From the sequence record DRR378314_1513: a stretch of 53,624 nucleotides of DNA; one strand, given 5' to 3'. Of the stretch, positions 7,761 through 18,512 are shown one piece after another. Positions within the stretch are counted from its first letter, which is position 1; each line of letters begins with the position of its first letter. The position numbers were made by a program, and so were the translations under genes. A model generated the notes under the pieces. The model searched no databases. It had not been told where the DNA came from and saw nothing but the letters and a program-made list of their open reading frames with translations.

Positions 7761-10532
7761 ATGAATATCTACACAACTTACCTTGATGAAATCGAAACCC
7801 GGAAAATTCAGGGTCTGCATCCAAAGCCTATCGAAGACGCCGAGCTCGTAGATGCACTTGTTGCTCAGATCCTTGATCCCGCTCACGAACATCGCGCCGA
7901 CTCCCTGAACTTCTTCATCTACAACGTGCTCCCCGGCACAACCAGCGCGGCGGGCGCCAAATCCCGGTTCCTGAAAGAAATCATCCTTGGGACCCATAAG
8001 GTTGAAGAGATTTCACCAGAATTCGCCTTCGAATTGCTCTCGCACATGAAGGGCGGCCCCTCAATTGAGGTGCTTATTGATCTGGCGCTGGGCGACGATC
8101 AGGCGATCGCACGCGCGGCAGCGGACGTCCTCAAATCCCAGGTCTTCCTGTACGAAGCAGACACAGACCGCCTTGAAGCCGCCCACAAGAGTGGCAACGC
8201 CCTGGCGACCGAAATTCTTGAAAGCTATGCCAAGGCTGAGTTTTTCACGAACCTTCCTGACATCGAAGAAGAAATCAAAGTCGTCACCTTCATCGTCGCC
8301 GTAGGCGATGTCTCGACTGACCTGCTCTCGCCGGGCGCGGATGCCCACTCCCGTTCTGACCGCGAACTGCATGGCCAGTGCATGTTCGAGCACAACAAGG
8401 AACAGCAAGCCGCCCTCAAAGAGCTTCAGGCTCAGCACCCCGACAAGCGCGTCATGTTGGTCGCCGAAAAAGGCACGATGGGCGTTGGTTCGTCCCGCAT
8501 GTCCGGCGTCAACAATGTGGCGCTCTGGACAGGCAAGCAAGCCAGCCCCTACGTTCCATTCATCAATATCGCTCCAGTTGTTGGCGGCACGAACGGTATT
8601 TCCCCGATTTTTTACACGACTGTTGGCGTGACCGGCGGCATCGGTGTGGACCTGCAGAACTGGGCCAAGAAGCTGAACCACAATGGTGGGCCGGTTCTGG
8701 ATGAAGATGGCGAACCTGTTCTCGAACAGCTCTATTCCGTCGACAATGGCACAGTCCTGACGATCAACACGAAAACCAAGAAACTCTACAATGAAGACGG
8801 CAGCAAAGAGCTCGTCGACATTTCGAACGCTCTGACGCCACAGAAAGTGGAGTTCATGAAAGCGGGCGGCTCTTATGCCGTGGTTTTCGGGAAGAAGCTT
8901 CAAACGACTGCCGCTGAAATCCTCGGCGTTGAAGCCCCGGCCGTCTATGCGGAATCCAAAGAGATCCATCACGAGGGGCAAGGCCTCACCGCCGTCGAAA
9001 AGATCTTCAACCGGAACGCGGTTGGTGTCGCGCCCGGTAAGGTTCTTCACGCCGGGTCAGACGTTCGCGTCAAGGTAAACATCGTCGGCTCACAGGATAC
9101 GACAGGCCTGATGACGGCCCAGGAACTAGAAATGATGGCCGCGACGGTGATTTCACCAAGCGTAGATGGCGCATATCAGTCCGGCTGTCACACAGCATCC
9201 GTGTGGGATCAGAAAGCTCGTCAAAACATCCCGAAACTGATGAGCTTCATGAATAAGTTCGGCCTCATCACCGCGCGTGACCCCAAGGGCGTCTACCCCG
9301 CCATGACGGACGTGATCCACAAGGTTCTGAACGATATCACGGTTGATGATCGTGCGGTCATCATCGGCGGCGATTCCCATACCCGCATGTCCAAGGGCGT
9401 TGCCTTCGGCGCTGACTCCGGAACGGTCGCACTCGCGCTCGCAACGGGTGAAGCGACAATGCCGATCCCGCAATCGGTCAAGGTGACGTTCAAGGGCACA
9501 CTGAAGGACCATATGGATTTCCGTGACGTGGTGCATGCCACGCAGGCGCAGATGCTCGACCACTTCAATGGCGAGAACGTGTTCCAGGGGCGCATCATCG
9601 AGGTGCATATCGGCACTCTGCTGTCCGATCAGGCATTCACGTTTACTGACTGGACTGCCGAAATGAAGGCCAAGGCGTCGATCTGTATTTCCGAGCCCGA
9701 CACGCTTGTGGAATCTTTGGAGATCGCGAAACACCGTATTCAGATCATGATCGACAAGGGCATGGACAATGACAGGAAGGTCCTTCAGGGCCTGATCGAT
9801 CTGGCCGAAGCCCGGATTGCCGGGATCAAGTCCGGCGAAACCCCACCACTGGTTCCAGACGAAAATGCGAAATATTTCGCTGAGTTCGTTGTAGACCTCG
9901 ACGCCATCAACGAGCCAATGATTGCGGACCCGGACGTCAACAATGAGGACGTGTCCAAGCGCTACACTCACGACACCATTCGTCCGGTCTCATACTATGG
10001 TGGAAACCGCAAAGTGGATCTTGGATTCGTCGGCTCCTGTATGGTGCACAAGGGTGACATGAAGATCCTCGCCCAGATGCTGCGCAATATCGAAAAGCAG
10101 AACGGCTCGGTTGAGTTCAACGCGCCGCTCGTTGTTGCTCCGCCAACCTACAACATCGTCGATGAACTCAAGGAAGAAGGCGACTGGGAGGTTCTGGAGC
10201 GGTATTCCGGCTTCGTGTTCGACGACGCCAACCCGAAAGACACCGCGCGCAAGAAATATGAGAACATTCTCTATCTTGAGCGCCCTGGGTGTAACCTCTG
10301 CATGGGTAACCAGGAAAAGGCCGAGCCGGGCGACACCGTCATGGCCACGTCCACGCGCCTGTTCCAGGGACGTGTTGTGCGCGACTCCGACGAGAAGAAG
10401 GGCGAGTCCCTGCTGGCTTCAACGCCCGTCGTTGTCCTCTCATCCATCCTCGGCCGTACGCCGACTATCGACGAGTACATCGCGGCGGTGGACGGCATCA
10501 ACCTGACATCGTACGCGCCTCCTGTGCACTAA
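7761..10532 (+). CDS. acnB: Bifunctional aconitate hydratase B / 2-methylisocitrate dehydratase (long 923-aa form)
   Basis: N-terminal PKPI, TDLLSP...HSRSDRELH, GVGSSRMS, GSQDTTG, IIGGDSHTR; Fe-S cysteines in GSCMVH and GCNLCMGNQ; STRLF. Confidence 0.95.
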   Translation: MNIYTTYLDEIETRKIQGLHPKPIEDAELVDALVAQILDPAHEHRADSLNFFIYNVLPGTTSAAGAKSRFLKEIILGTHKVEEISPEFAFELLSHMKGGPSIEVLIDLALGDDQAIARAAADVLKSQVFLYEADTDRLEAAHKSGNALATEILESYAKAEFFTNLPDIEEEIKVVTFIVAVGDVSTDLLSPGADAHSRSDRELHGQCMFEHNKEQQAALKELQAQHPDKRVMLVAEKGTMGVGSSRMSGVNNVALWTGKQASPYVPFINIAPVVGGTNGISPIFYTTVGVTGGIGVDLQNWAKKLNHNGGPVLDEDGEPVLEQLYSVDNGTVLTINTKTKKLYNEDGSKELVDISNALTPQKVEFMKAGGSYAVVFGKKLQTTAAEILGVEAPAVYAESKEIHHEGQGLTAVEKIFNRNAVGVAPGKVLHAGSDVRVKVNIVGSQDTTGLMTAQELEMMAATVISPSVDGAYQSGCHTASVWDQKARQNIPKLMSFMNKFGLITARDPKGVYPAMTDVIHKVLNDITVDDRAVIIGGDSHTRMSKGVAFGADSGTVALALATGEATMPIPQSVKVTFKGTLKDHMDFRDVVHATQAQMLDHFNGENVFQGRIIEVHIGTLLSDQAFTFTDWTAEMKAKASICISEPDTLVESLEIAKHRIQIMIDKGMDNDRKVLQGLIDLAEARIAGIKSGETPPLVPDENAKYFAEFVVDLDAINEPMIADPDVNNEDVSKRYTHDTIRPVSYYGGNRKVDLGFVGSCMVHKGDMKILAQMLRNIEKQNGSVEFNAPLVVAPPTYNIVDELKEEGDWEVLERYSGFVFDDANPKDTARKKYENILYLERPGCNLCMGNQEKAEPGDTVMATSTRLFQGRVVRDSDEKKGESLLASTPVVVLSSILGRTPTIDEYIAAVDGINLTSYAPPVH

Positions 10533-10539
10533 GACAAAG

Positions 10540-10568
10540 TGAGGGGCGAAGACAAACTCCGCCCCTCA
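10540..10568 (+). terminator. Hairpin after acnB (likely terminator)
   Basis: TGAGGGGCG ... CGCCCCTCA inverted repeat just after the stop codon. Confidence 0.6.
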
Positions 10569-10684
10569 TTCATTCTTGAGCCCAATTGACCAGATATTGC
10601 CTTCGCCGCAGCAATCACATGTCGTTGGTCAGGAATCGCCGTTCAGTGCCAACTTGTGCGTGAGCATTTTGGAGCGAATTGACG

Positions 10685-11887
10685 CTACACTTGAATTGGC
10701 GCTTCCTCAGCTTTTTGTGAGGACTGGAAGGCATTGCGAAATGCGCTTGGTGTTTGGCCGGTTTCCAGCTTGAAGGCCTTGTAGAACGACGAGCGCGCAT
10801 TGAAGCCAGCACGCAGAGAAATTGCCAAGACGGTTTCTTTACCTTCAATAATGTGCGGCTTCGCGTATTCGACGCGCATCTGGTTCACATAATCGAAAAA
10901 GCTCTTCCCGATGGTCTCATTGAGCGTCTGCGAGATGTAGCTCGGAGAAATCGCGACGTGGCGGGCGAGCTTGTGCAAAGAGAGCGCAGGGTCGAGAAAA
11001 AGTTGATCGCTTTTCATCGCGGCATCAATCTTTGCAGCAATCCGGATAGATTGATCTTCGCCAAGGGCAGAGCGCTGATATTTTTGACTGGAGCTGATGC
11101 CGGCGGCCTCTCCAGGCATCGCGTCTGGATCGTCATCGAGATACCTCCCTTCGAAGCCTGGCTTCTGCCGCAGCCCCCAGACTGCCAGGGTCCAAGTGAG
11201 CAGCAGGGCCATAACCGCCCCCGCGCGACGGTCGAGAATGACTAGACCGAAGACGTTTTCGGCAATGATTACAGCAAACGCCAACCCCCACACGCCGCCA
11301 AGCACAAGAACCAGCCAGCTTAGCCAGTACAGTTCACGGCTCTCATTGCTGGCGAACAAGTTGCGGAGTTCATGACGGTAGGTGCGCAGGCGCAGTATCG
11401 CCAGAATCCCATACCAACCGGCTTGAACTGGCCACAGCAGAATTAAAGCGAAGGCGGAGAGAACTAATATTGCAACTCCTGCACCCGGCGGCAGTTCGCC
11501 AACGAGCAGCATCTGCTCTCGAAGTTCGAGAGGTAGCGCGATCATCATTCCGGCGACGACCAGACCCAGCACGAATGGAAGGAAATGCCACAGATGGCGA
11601 CGCTGCCATTTCCACGGCGCGGAAGCTGTCAGCCCCTCAATATACAACCACAGCATCGGACCAAGCAACAAATAGGCCGGGAGGGTCAAGGCAATTGCCT
11701 GCGTCCTCAAGGCAGGCGCGAACATCGCGATCGCCGGATCCAAGATCGCAACCCCCAACGCGATGAAGAACGCACTGAGCGGCATGTAAACCTGACTCTG
11801 CCCGGCACGCGCGATCAGGATCGTCACGCACAGACCTATCTGTCCAAGCGCGGCAATCATCAAGGCGAAGACGTCGAGATTGGGCAA
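10685..11887 (-). CDS. Membrane-anchored AraC family regulator
   Basis: About 7 N-terminal TM helices, then KYQRSAL...LFLDPALSLHKLA...SFFDYVNQMRV...AGFNARSSFYKAFK (AraC HTH). Confidence 0.9.
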   Translation of the reverse strand: MPNLDVFALMIAALGQIGLCVTILIARAGQSQVYMPLSAFFIALGVAILDPAIAMFAPALRTQAIALTLPAYLLLGPMLWLYIEGLTASAPWKWQRRHLWHFLPFVLGLVVAGMMIALPLELREQMLLVGELPPGAGVAILVLSAFALILLWPVQAGWYGILAILRLRTYRHELRNLFASNESRELYWLSWLVLVLGGVWGLAFAVIIAENVFGLVILDRRAGAVMALLLTWTLAVWGLRQKPGFEGRYLDDDPDAMPGEAAGISSSQKYQRSALGEDQSIRIAAKIDAAMKSDQLFLDPALSLHKLARHVAISPSYISQTLNETIGKSFFDYVNQMRVEYAKPHIIEGKETVLAISLRAGFNARSSFYKAFKLETGQTPSAFRNAFQSSQKAEEAPIQV

Positions 11888-12043
11888 TTAATAATCTCCA
11901 GCGGAATTATAACTAGCGGATTGGGGCCCGCATTCAAATGCCGAAAGCGTCTCTGAGTGTCCGCGCCTGTTGGAACGGACGACAGACGGCCCCCAAGTTT
12001 CACAATTTGGGATCGTACAGATTGCAAAAGAAAGAGACTGAAT

Positions 12044-12715
12044 ATGTCCCCCGAACTCCAGAAAGCTGGCGGATTTTCTGCCATCGCCATGGCCGCCAGT
12101 TACCTCATCGGCTTTGCGATGTTTATCTTCGTGCTGGACTCATCGGGCTATTCCGGACCTTCCGGCAGCGTTGCCTTCGCCGCAGATCATGCGTTTCAGC
12201 TGTTTCTGACGACCCTTGTCATTTACGTTCTGGCCGGTCTACTTCTTGTCGTGCTTGTGCTCGCGCTCAACGATCGCCTGAAAGTGCATGCGCCAAACGT
12301 AATGCAAATCGCGACGGCGATCGGCATCATCTGGGCCGCTATCGTTCTGGTCAGCGGCATGCTCTCCATCCTTGGCGCAGACACTGTCACGCGCCTTGCT
12401 GAAACTGATCCCGAACGCGCCGCGACGGTCTGGCTCGCTGTTGGCATTGTTCAGAATGTTTTGGGCGGGGGAACCGAGCTCGTCGGCGGCGTCTGGATCA
12501 CGCTGGTCAGCCTGACCGGATTGCACCGTCGCAGTTTGCCCAGAGCGTTGAACCTGCTCGGCGTTTTCATCGGGCTTGCCGGAATCGTAACGATCTATCC
12601 TGATTTCGAACCTCTCAACTCCGTTTTCGGTCTTAGCCAGATCGTCTGGTTTATTTGGGTGGGAGTCGTGATGCTGGGCCGCAAGTCACGCGAGTTGATG
12701 CCCTCAGCGGCCTGA
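12044..12715 (+). CDS. DUF4386-like integral membrane protein
   Basis: Hydrophobic 223 aa with LGGGTELVGGVW and FGLSQIVWFIWVG; ATG at 12044 preferred over the track start at 11957. Confidence 0.65.
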   Translation: MSPELQKAGGFSAIAMAASYLIGFAMFIFVLDSSGYSGPSGSVAFAADHAFQLFLTTLVIYVLAGLLLVVLVLALNDRLKVHAPNVMQIATAIGIIWAAIVLVSGMLSILGADTVTRLAETDPERAATVWLAVGIVQNVLGGGTELVGGVWITLVSLTGLHRRSLPRALNLLGVFIGLAGIVTIYPDFEPLNSVFGLSQIVWFIWVGVVMLGRKSRELMPSAA

Positions 12716-12743
12716 GTCCCGGACAGTATCAGGATGAAACAAC

Positions 12744-13430
12744 ATGTCTGAACTTCCACTCATTGGGTTGGTACATCTGTTGATGGGCACGGTGGCCGTC
12801 ATCTCCGGTGCCGGGGCGTTGGCGGCCGCGAAGGGGATGCGTCTGCACAGGATGGCCGGAAACCTGTTTTTTGGCGCGATGCTCCTGTTGGTCGCAAGTG
12901 GTCTGTATTTCAGCTTCACGCGATCCATTATCTTCACTCTTTTTCTGAGCGTGATGGCCTTCTATTTGCTCTCGAGTGGCTGGGCGACCGTCATGCGCCA
13001 CGAAGGCAAAACAGGACGATTTGAGCTAGCGAATTGTCTTTTCATTCTCCTTGCAGGCGCGGCCGCACTTGGAGTGGGCCTGACCGAAACAATCCGCGGA
13101 GCTCCATTGCAGGACGACGTTCCCTCCGCGGCTTTCTTTATTCTGGCCACCCTGGCTGTGCTGTTCGGCGCGCAGGATGTTGCTGTGATCCGGCGCGGCG
13201 GCTGCACTGGCAAACACCGGATTGCACGCCACCTCTGGCGGATGTGTCTGTCTCTGTTCATCGCCGTGACGATTTTCTTTCTTGGAAACAATCACGTCCT
13301 TCCGGAAATCCTGCGTACCCCCCTCTTCCTCATCTCACCAATTGTCGCCGTTCTGGCGCTGATGGTGTTCTGGTTGGTGCGCGTGACTTTCACCAAATGG
13401 CACAGAACTCCCCTGTCGCCCGAGCGATGA
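12744..13430 (+). CDS. DUF2306-like membrane protein
   Basis: KGMRLHRMAG and RIARHLWRMC His/Arg motifs with 6-7 TM segments. Confidence 0.65.
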   Translation: MSELPLIGLVHLLMGTVAVISGAGALAAAKGMRLHRMAGNLFFGAMLLLVASGLYFSFTRSIIFTLFLSVMAFYLLSSGWATVMRHEGKTGRFELANCLFILLAGAAALGVGLTETIRGAPLQDDVPSAAFFILATLAVLFGAQDVAVIRRGGCTGKHRIARHLWRMCLSLFIAVTIFFLGNNHVLPEILRTPLFLISPIVAVLALMVFWLVRVTFTKWHRTPLSPER

Positions 13431-13693
13431 AACCGAATGCTTAGGTCACTGTAGAAGCGAACTTAAGCATTCTGCCATCCCCAATCGAACTATCACTACT
13501 GACATCAATCTATTGGTTGTAACTTCAAATTCGCCATTGGCTCTCCTCTTGAAGCCCTCCTTGAGTGAAACACCCAAAGCGTCCACGGTCACTGAACCGC
13601 TACAGCAATGGCGAAGCGGCTTCTTGGGCATAGACAGCACCTGGAACCGGGCGGCAAAAAGCGCACCTTCGGCTGGCAATTCCAGCGGAGGTG

Positions 13694-14800
13694 TTAGTGA
13701 GATCGAGGTTCGACCCGGATTTGATCCTTGTTCTGCGTGACTGTCACGTGACGCGTGAGCCTAATGAAGTCGACTAGAGAGTCGGGATCGTCGGCAGCGA
13801 AAACACCGGAAACAACTTCCTCTCCAAGTTCATCTCCCACAAAAACGAGTTGGGCGCGATTGTACCTGTTGAACTCCTCTGAAATGTCCGCCAGCGTCCT
13901 GTTCCGGAAAACTAGTTTTCGGGCTGTCCAAGCAGAAACAACCTCTTCATCTGCTGCCTTGATTATGGGAGCCGTAGACGGAGTGCTCAGGTCCACGCCT
14001 TCTCCAGCTTTGAGTATAACACGTGAAACTGGAGTGTTTATAGCCGGGTCTGTGTATTGATTGGTGCTGCGGGAGGTGTGCCGGGAGCGGATATGGCTCT
14101 GTTCGAAAGCCACAGTGCCCTCCAGAACGGATACCTCTGTTTCATTGTTGATGTATCGGACATTGAATCGAGTACCCAAGGCTTGGGTCACAGTATTGCC
14201 TGCGATTACGCGGAAGGGCCGCGCCAGATCTTTTTCTACTTCGAACAAGGCTTCACCCCGCTTGATTTCAATCGTGCGGTAGTTCTCGGTATACTGGATC
14301 TCGATCTCGGATTCCGTATTGATGAAGACGATTGACCCATCTTCCAGTGTTACAGATCTCTGCTCCCCGGTAACGGTCGCCACGATGGAGTCGGATTGTC
14401 CGCCAGCGATTTTGAGCGTGAAATTTAGCACGGTCTGGCTCATGATCAGCGCCATGATCGCTAAACAAGCAGCCAGGCTGATGCCAAACCAAGGGGCAGG
14501 TCTGAAGCGTGAAGCCGGTGGGGGATCGCCAGCTGAGGTTACGTCTGAAGGGTCCAGAGAGACGATTTCGGCAGAGACGTGCGACAGAATTTCATCAATA
14601 TCATCCTTGCGGCCGCGGGCGGCGACACCCAGCCCTCCCATGACCGAGATCGCGAGCAGGAACTCATCCATGTGAGTAGGCGATGCTTTCAGCCAGGCGA
14701 GCAGGTCTCTCTTCTGTTCAAAATTCAACGACTGATCATCAATCAGCACAGCCCATTTCGCAGCTTGTTCAGAGATCTTCTTGTTCGACAACCCACTCAT
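13694..14800 (-). CDS. FecR family anti-sigma/transmembrane sensor
   Basis: EQAAKW...WLKASPTH N-terminus, a TM helix, TGEQRSVTLEDGS, GEALFEVEKD, ALGTRFNV, AWTARKLVF. ATG at 14800 overlaps the sigma stop (ATGA). Confidence 0.9.
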   Translation of the reverse strand: MSGLSNKKISEQAAKWAVLIDDQSLNFEQKRDLLAWLKASPTHMDEFLLAISVMGGLGVAARGRKDDIDEILSHVSAEIVSLDPSDVTSAGDPPPASRFRPAPWFGISLAACLAIMALIMSQTVLNFTLKIAGGQSDSIVATVTGEQRSVTLEDGSIVFINTESEIEIQYTENYRTIEIKRGEALFEVEKDLARPFRVIAGNTVTQALGTRFNVRYINNETEVSVLEGTVAFEQSHIRSRHTSRSTNQYTDPAINTPVSRVILKAGEGVDLSTPSTAPIIKAADEEVVSAWTARKLVFRNRTLADISEEFNRYNRAQLVFVGDELGEEVVSGVFAADDPDSLVDFIRLTRHVTVTQNKDQIRVEPRSH

Positions 14801-15342
14801 GATGTTTGGTCTTTCTCCCAGAGTTCCCGGCAACGAGTCAGGGCGCGTGTGAGATAGACGTGAACGGTGGCCTTGGATTTCCCGACGCGATTTGCAATCT
14901 CAGCATGAGAGTACCCATCTCGCTTCCGCAACAAGAGAATTGCGCGGTAGAGCGGAGGAAGTTCATCCAGAATGGAATCCAACCTTCGAACTGCAGCCAA
15001 AGATTCTAAATGGCCTTGACCGGCAAATGCATCGCCATCACCGCCTCGTTCAATAAGGGTATCCAGATCAAGCGCTTCCAAGCACCGACCCTTTTTGTAG
15101 AGGTGCTCATTAGCCAAATTCGTTACGACTCGGAACAAGTACCCTTCGAGGTTTTCAATAGACTCAGTGTCTTTCACGCGCAGCAGACGCAGATATCCTT
15201 CCTGTGCGATATCCTGCGCGTCTTGAGCGTCGCCGACGCGCAATGTCAAATACCGTAAGAGCGTCGGAAGAAACGCGCCATAGGCTGTTGCCAGACTGCG
15301 ATGCGCAGGATCCTCACCTTGGACCAATCGCTTGTTCATCAT
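14797..15342 (-). CDS. ECF RNA polymerase sigma factor (FecI-like)
   Basis: DAQDIAQEGYLR (region 2) and LPPLYRAILLLRKRDGYSHAEIA (region 4); translationally coupled to fecR. Confidence 0.9.
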   Translation of the reverse strand: MMNKRLVQGEDPAHRSLATAYGAFLPTLLRYLTLRVGDAQDAQDIAQEGYLRLLRVKDTESIENLEGYLFRVVTNLANEHLYKKGRCLEALDLDTLIERGGDGDAFAGQGHLESLAAVRRLDSILDELPPLYRAILLLRKRDGYSHAEIANRVGKSKATVHVYLTRALTRCRELWEKDQTS

Positions 15343-15622
15343 TCCCTCGCCAAACAGCTATGGCCGCCTTGTGTCACCAAACTTCACCACACGCTATAAA
15401 GACGGTTCCAACTGGGCGTTTTGGATATCAGTATTCATAAAAACTTCTCAAAGAGTCGCTCAAGGCCGAGGCAGTTTGACTGCACTGTGAAGTTTTAATG
15501 AATCGATATCCATTCCGGTCAGCGAGCTCCGTCTTCATCATTAGAGGAGCAACAGGCTTCTCCAAGAATTCGACAAATGTTCCGGAAAGGAACGCTGACA
15601 GAAGCGTCAAGAGGGCAATACG

Positions 15623-18436
15623 ATGAAGACTTCCAATCAATCACCGACAAGACTGAAGCGGGCCTTGCTTGGCTTTGCCAGTGTTGTCGCAATTTCAACG
15701 ACCTGTACGCCTACACTCGCCTTGGCGCAGACCGCTCAAGTCGGTGACAACCTGGAGATCTTGTTGCCTGTGCAACCCTTGGAGAACTCTCTCAAGGAAA
15801 TCGCTGATCAATCTGGTGTTCAAATTGTTCTGTATAGTGCAGATGCAGCCGGGATATCGGCGCCTGCCCTTGAAGGGAACTACACGCTTGAACAGGCGCT
15901 TGATATGCTGTTGTCAGGTACAGACCTTGGGCATCAGCGCATAAATGGGCGCACGATTGCCGTTGCGCTCCCATCCCAATTGCTCATCAATACTGAAGAA
16001 ACGGAGGCGACAAACCCCGCAGTGTTGATCGAGCCCGCCGCAACACCTCGCCCTGATGAGGCACCCAAGATCGGTGAAGGCGACACGGAGACACTTGACC
16101 CCGCTGAAGAAGCCAGCATCCAGGAAACGATCATTGTTCGCGGTGAGAAATTTGGACGCTCGCTTTCAGAAACCTCCACCAGTGTGGGGATTCTCGGGTC
16201 TACGGATATTCAGGATTTCGTTCTCCTGGATTCTGAGGATGCATACGGACAGCTTGTGAATGTCAACACATTGGCGAACAATCGGTTCGTCATTCGCGGT
16301 ATTCCGTTTGACAATCTGAACGGTGCAGGCTTCGGCCAGCTAGGAACAGTTTATGTCGACGGTGTTCGTCTTGGTGATAAAAGTACTGCCTTCGGTCCAG
16401 ACCTCTTGTGGGATGTAAAGTCATTTGAAGTCCTGCGCGGCGCGCAGTCAACGCTGCAGGGACGAAACGCTCTGGCCGGTGCGATTTACATCTCCACCAA
16501 AGATCCATCATATGAATGGGACAGACGAGCGCGTCTCGTGCTATCCGAAAACAACACCTATTCTGCTGCTTTTGCGGTTGGTGGACCGATTGTTGACGAT
16601 AAGTTGGCTTTCCGCCTGACAGGCGAATATCGGGAAAGCGACGGCGATATCTACAATCCTGTCCGAGGTGCGGATGAAGAGACGGTAGAGGATCTGCAGC
16701 TGCGGGCAAAGATATTGTTCGAGCCGACACAGGATTTGACGATCAATGGTGTCGTCAATTTCGCAGATATTAACCGTTCTGAAGCGTTTGCAGACACGCG
16801 TGTGTTAGGGGCGGATGGATTTTTGCCTGCCAATCCGAACGGCGGAGTCGGCAGCGAGTCCGGTATCTTTGGTCAAGGTGACGTCTATCGTCGCCAGGTT
16901 TTCAACAATGTTGATTACATTGAAGAGAATGAAACGCTTTCGGCTGGATTAACGGTCGATTACCGGCTCAATGACGCACTCACATTGACGTCTCAAACAA
17001 CCTATTCTTACACGGATGATTTCGAACAGGATGATGGCGACGGGGGGATATTCGACTACAGTGGTTACTCCAGCGATTCAATCGCAATTGATGTTCCATT
17101 CATCGTTAACAATTTCGCGTATGCCTCTGATGGAACAGTCCCTGTCGATCCGATTGCGCTGCAAAATGAAGAATTTACAATTTTCGCACAAGAGTTCCGT
17201 CTAAAGTATGACAATGGCGGAAAGTTGCGCGGCCTGTTTGGGGCGTACTATACCGAAGAGAGTGAGGAAGAAGAGAACTTCTCTGTCCTCCTGTTCCGAA
17301 ACACACAACCATTGGTCATTGGCGCTGCGCAACAGCTCGGAGGCCTCGATGCGGCCACAGCCGCTGGCTTCGCAGCCCTATATGAGACGGACCTGCCGAT
17401 CGTTTCATGGGGCGCACAGCCATTTGATGTCACTAATTACGCTGTGTTCGGTGAATTGGAGTATGATATCACACCCCAACTGAAAGGCGTTGTCGGGGCG
17501 AGATACGACAATGAAGAGCTCTCATCGGAAAATGACAACAATGGGATCATCTATGGTCTAGCAGACCCGGCCACGCTGACTAATCCACTCAGCTTTCTAG
17601 CTGCTGGCGTTAATACAGCTCTCGATCCGTTTACGAATACGACTACGACCACGGACCTGGAATTCGATGCCTTCCTTCCAAAGTTTGGCCTCGTGTATGA
17701 ACTGAATGACGACATCAGCGTCGGTGCTCAATATCAGAAAGCTTATCGTGCGGGAGGCGTGACAACCAACCCGGTTCGAAGCCTGGTTGTGCCCGTCGAC
17801 CCGGAATATTCGGATAATTACGAACTCTATCTGAGACAGAATTTGGGAGATCGTGGTCTGCTCCGTGCCAACGCGTTCTTGACTAACTGGACCGACCAAC
17901 AAGTCATCGTGGATTTGTCTTCAGACCAATTTGATAATATTGGCGTGAATGCTGGCGAGTCCGAACTTTACGGCTTTGAGGTCGAATTTGACTATCGCTT
18001 GACAGACGCATTTACCTTGAAAGGTGGCCTCGGTTATCTTCAGACTGAGTTTGTCGAGTTTGATGTCGTGCTTCCTCCGATTACTGGAGACCTAGCCGGT
18101 TCAATTGAGGTGCAAAACCTGAACAATCTCCAGGGTAATTCATTTGCAAATGCGCCGGAGTGGAATGCTGTTATTGGTGGCACGTGGAGCCATGGTAATT
18201 GGTTCGCGTCGAGCGATGCAGTCTATACCGGGAAGAGTTTTGCAAATACAAGCAATACACTGGAAAACCCATCAACCTTCTTGGTCAATGCCCGGGCAGG
18301 CTACAATTTTGGCGATGTACGCGCGACCGTTTTCGCACGTAATCTATTTGACGATCAGCCATCTTATCCTGACTTTAGAACAGTCAATCTGATCCCTTCG
18401 CGTCAGTTCGGCATCGTACTTGAGGCAAAATTCTAA
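15623..18436 (+). CDS. TonB-dependent transducer with N-terminal signalling (STN) domain
   Basis: Signal peptide; STN-like QPLENSLKEIADQSG...LEGNYTLEQALDMLLSGT; ETIIVRG TonB box; EVLRGAQSTLQGRNALAG; C-terminal F. Confidence 0.92.
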   Translation: MKTSNQSPTRLKRALLGFASVVAISTTCTPTLALAQTAQVGDNLEILLPVQPLENSLKEIADQSGVQIVLYSADAAGISAPALEGNYTLEQALDMLLSGTDLGHQRINGRTIAVALPSQLLINTEETEATNPAVLIEPAATPRPDEAPKIGEGDTETLDPAEEASIQETIIVRGEKFGRSLSETSTSVGILGSTDIQDFVLLDSEDAYGQLVNVNTLANNRFVIRGIPFDNLNGAGFGQLGTVYVDGVRLGDKSTAFGPDLLWDVKSFEVLRGAQSTLQGRNALAGAIYISTKDPSYEWDRRARLVLSENNTYSAAFAVGGPIVDDKLAFRLTGEYRESDGDIYNPVRGADEETVEDLQLRAKILFEPTQDLTINGVVNFADINRSEAFADTRVLGADGFLPANPNGGVGSESGIFGQGDVYRRQVFNNVDYIEENETLSAGLTVDYRLNDALTLTSQTTYSYTDDFEQDDGDGGIFDYSGYSSDSIAIDVPFIVNNFAYASDGTVPVDPIALQNEEFTIFAQEFRLKYDNGGKLRGLFGAYYTEESEEEENFSVLLFRNTQPLVIGAAQQLGGLDAATAAGFAALYETDLPIVSWGAQPFDVTNYAVFGELEYDITPQLKGVVGARYDNEELSSENDNNGIIYGLADPATLTNPLSFLAAGVNTALDPFTNTTTTTDLEFDAFLPKFGLVYELNDDISVGAQYQKAYRAGGVTTNPVRSLVVPVDPEYSDNYELYLRQNLGDRGLLRANAFLTNWTDQQVIVDLSSDQFDNIGVNAGESELYGFEVEFDYRLTDAFTLKGGLGYLQTEFVEFDVVLPPITGDLAGSIEVQNLNNLQGNSFANAPEWNAVIGGTWSHGNWFASSDAVYTGKSFANTSNTLENPSTFLVNARAGYNFGDVRATVFARNLFDDQPSYPDFRTVNLIPSRQFGIVLEAKF

Positions 18437-18446
18437 GAGCCGAAAC

Positions 18447-18489
18447 GAAGGGGCGCCTGTGATTTACGGCGCAGGCGCTTCTTCTTTTT
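18447..18489 (+). terminator. Rho-independent terminator
   Basis: GAAGGGGCGCCTG ... CAGGCGCTTCTTC followed by a T run. Confidence 0.65.
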
Positions 18490-18512
18490 GAACGCTAAGC
18501 ACCGACCTGCCC

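Noticed and set aside
13633-13642. GACAGCACCT as another IS6 end
   Set aside because: Only a 10-bp match with no adjacent IS homology; could be chance.
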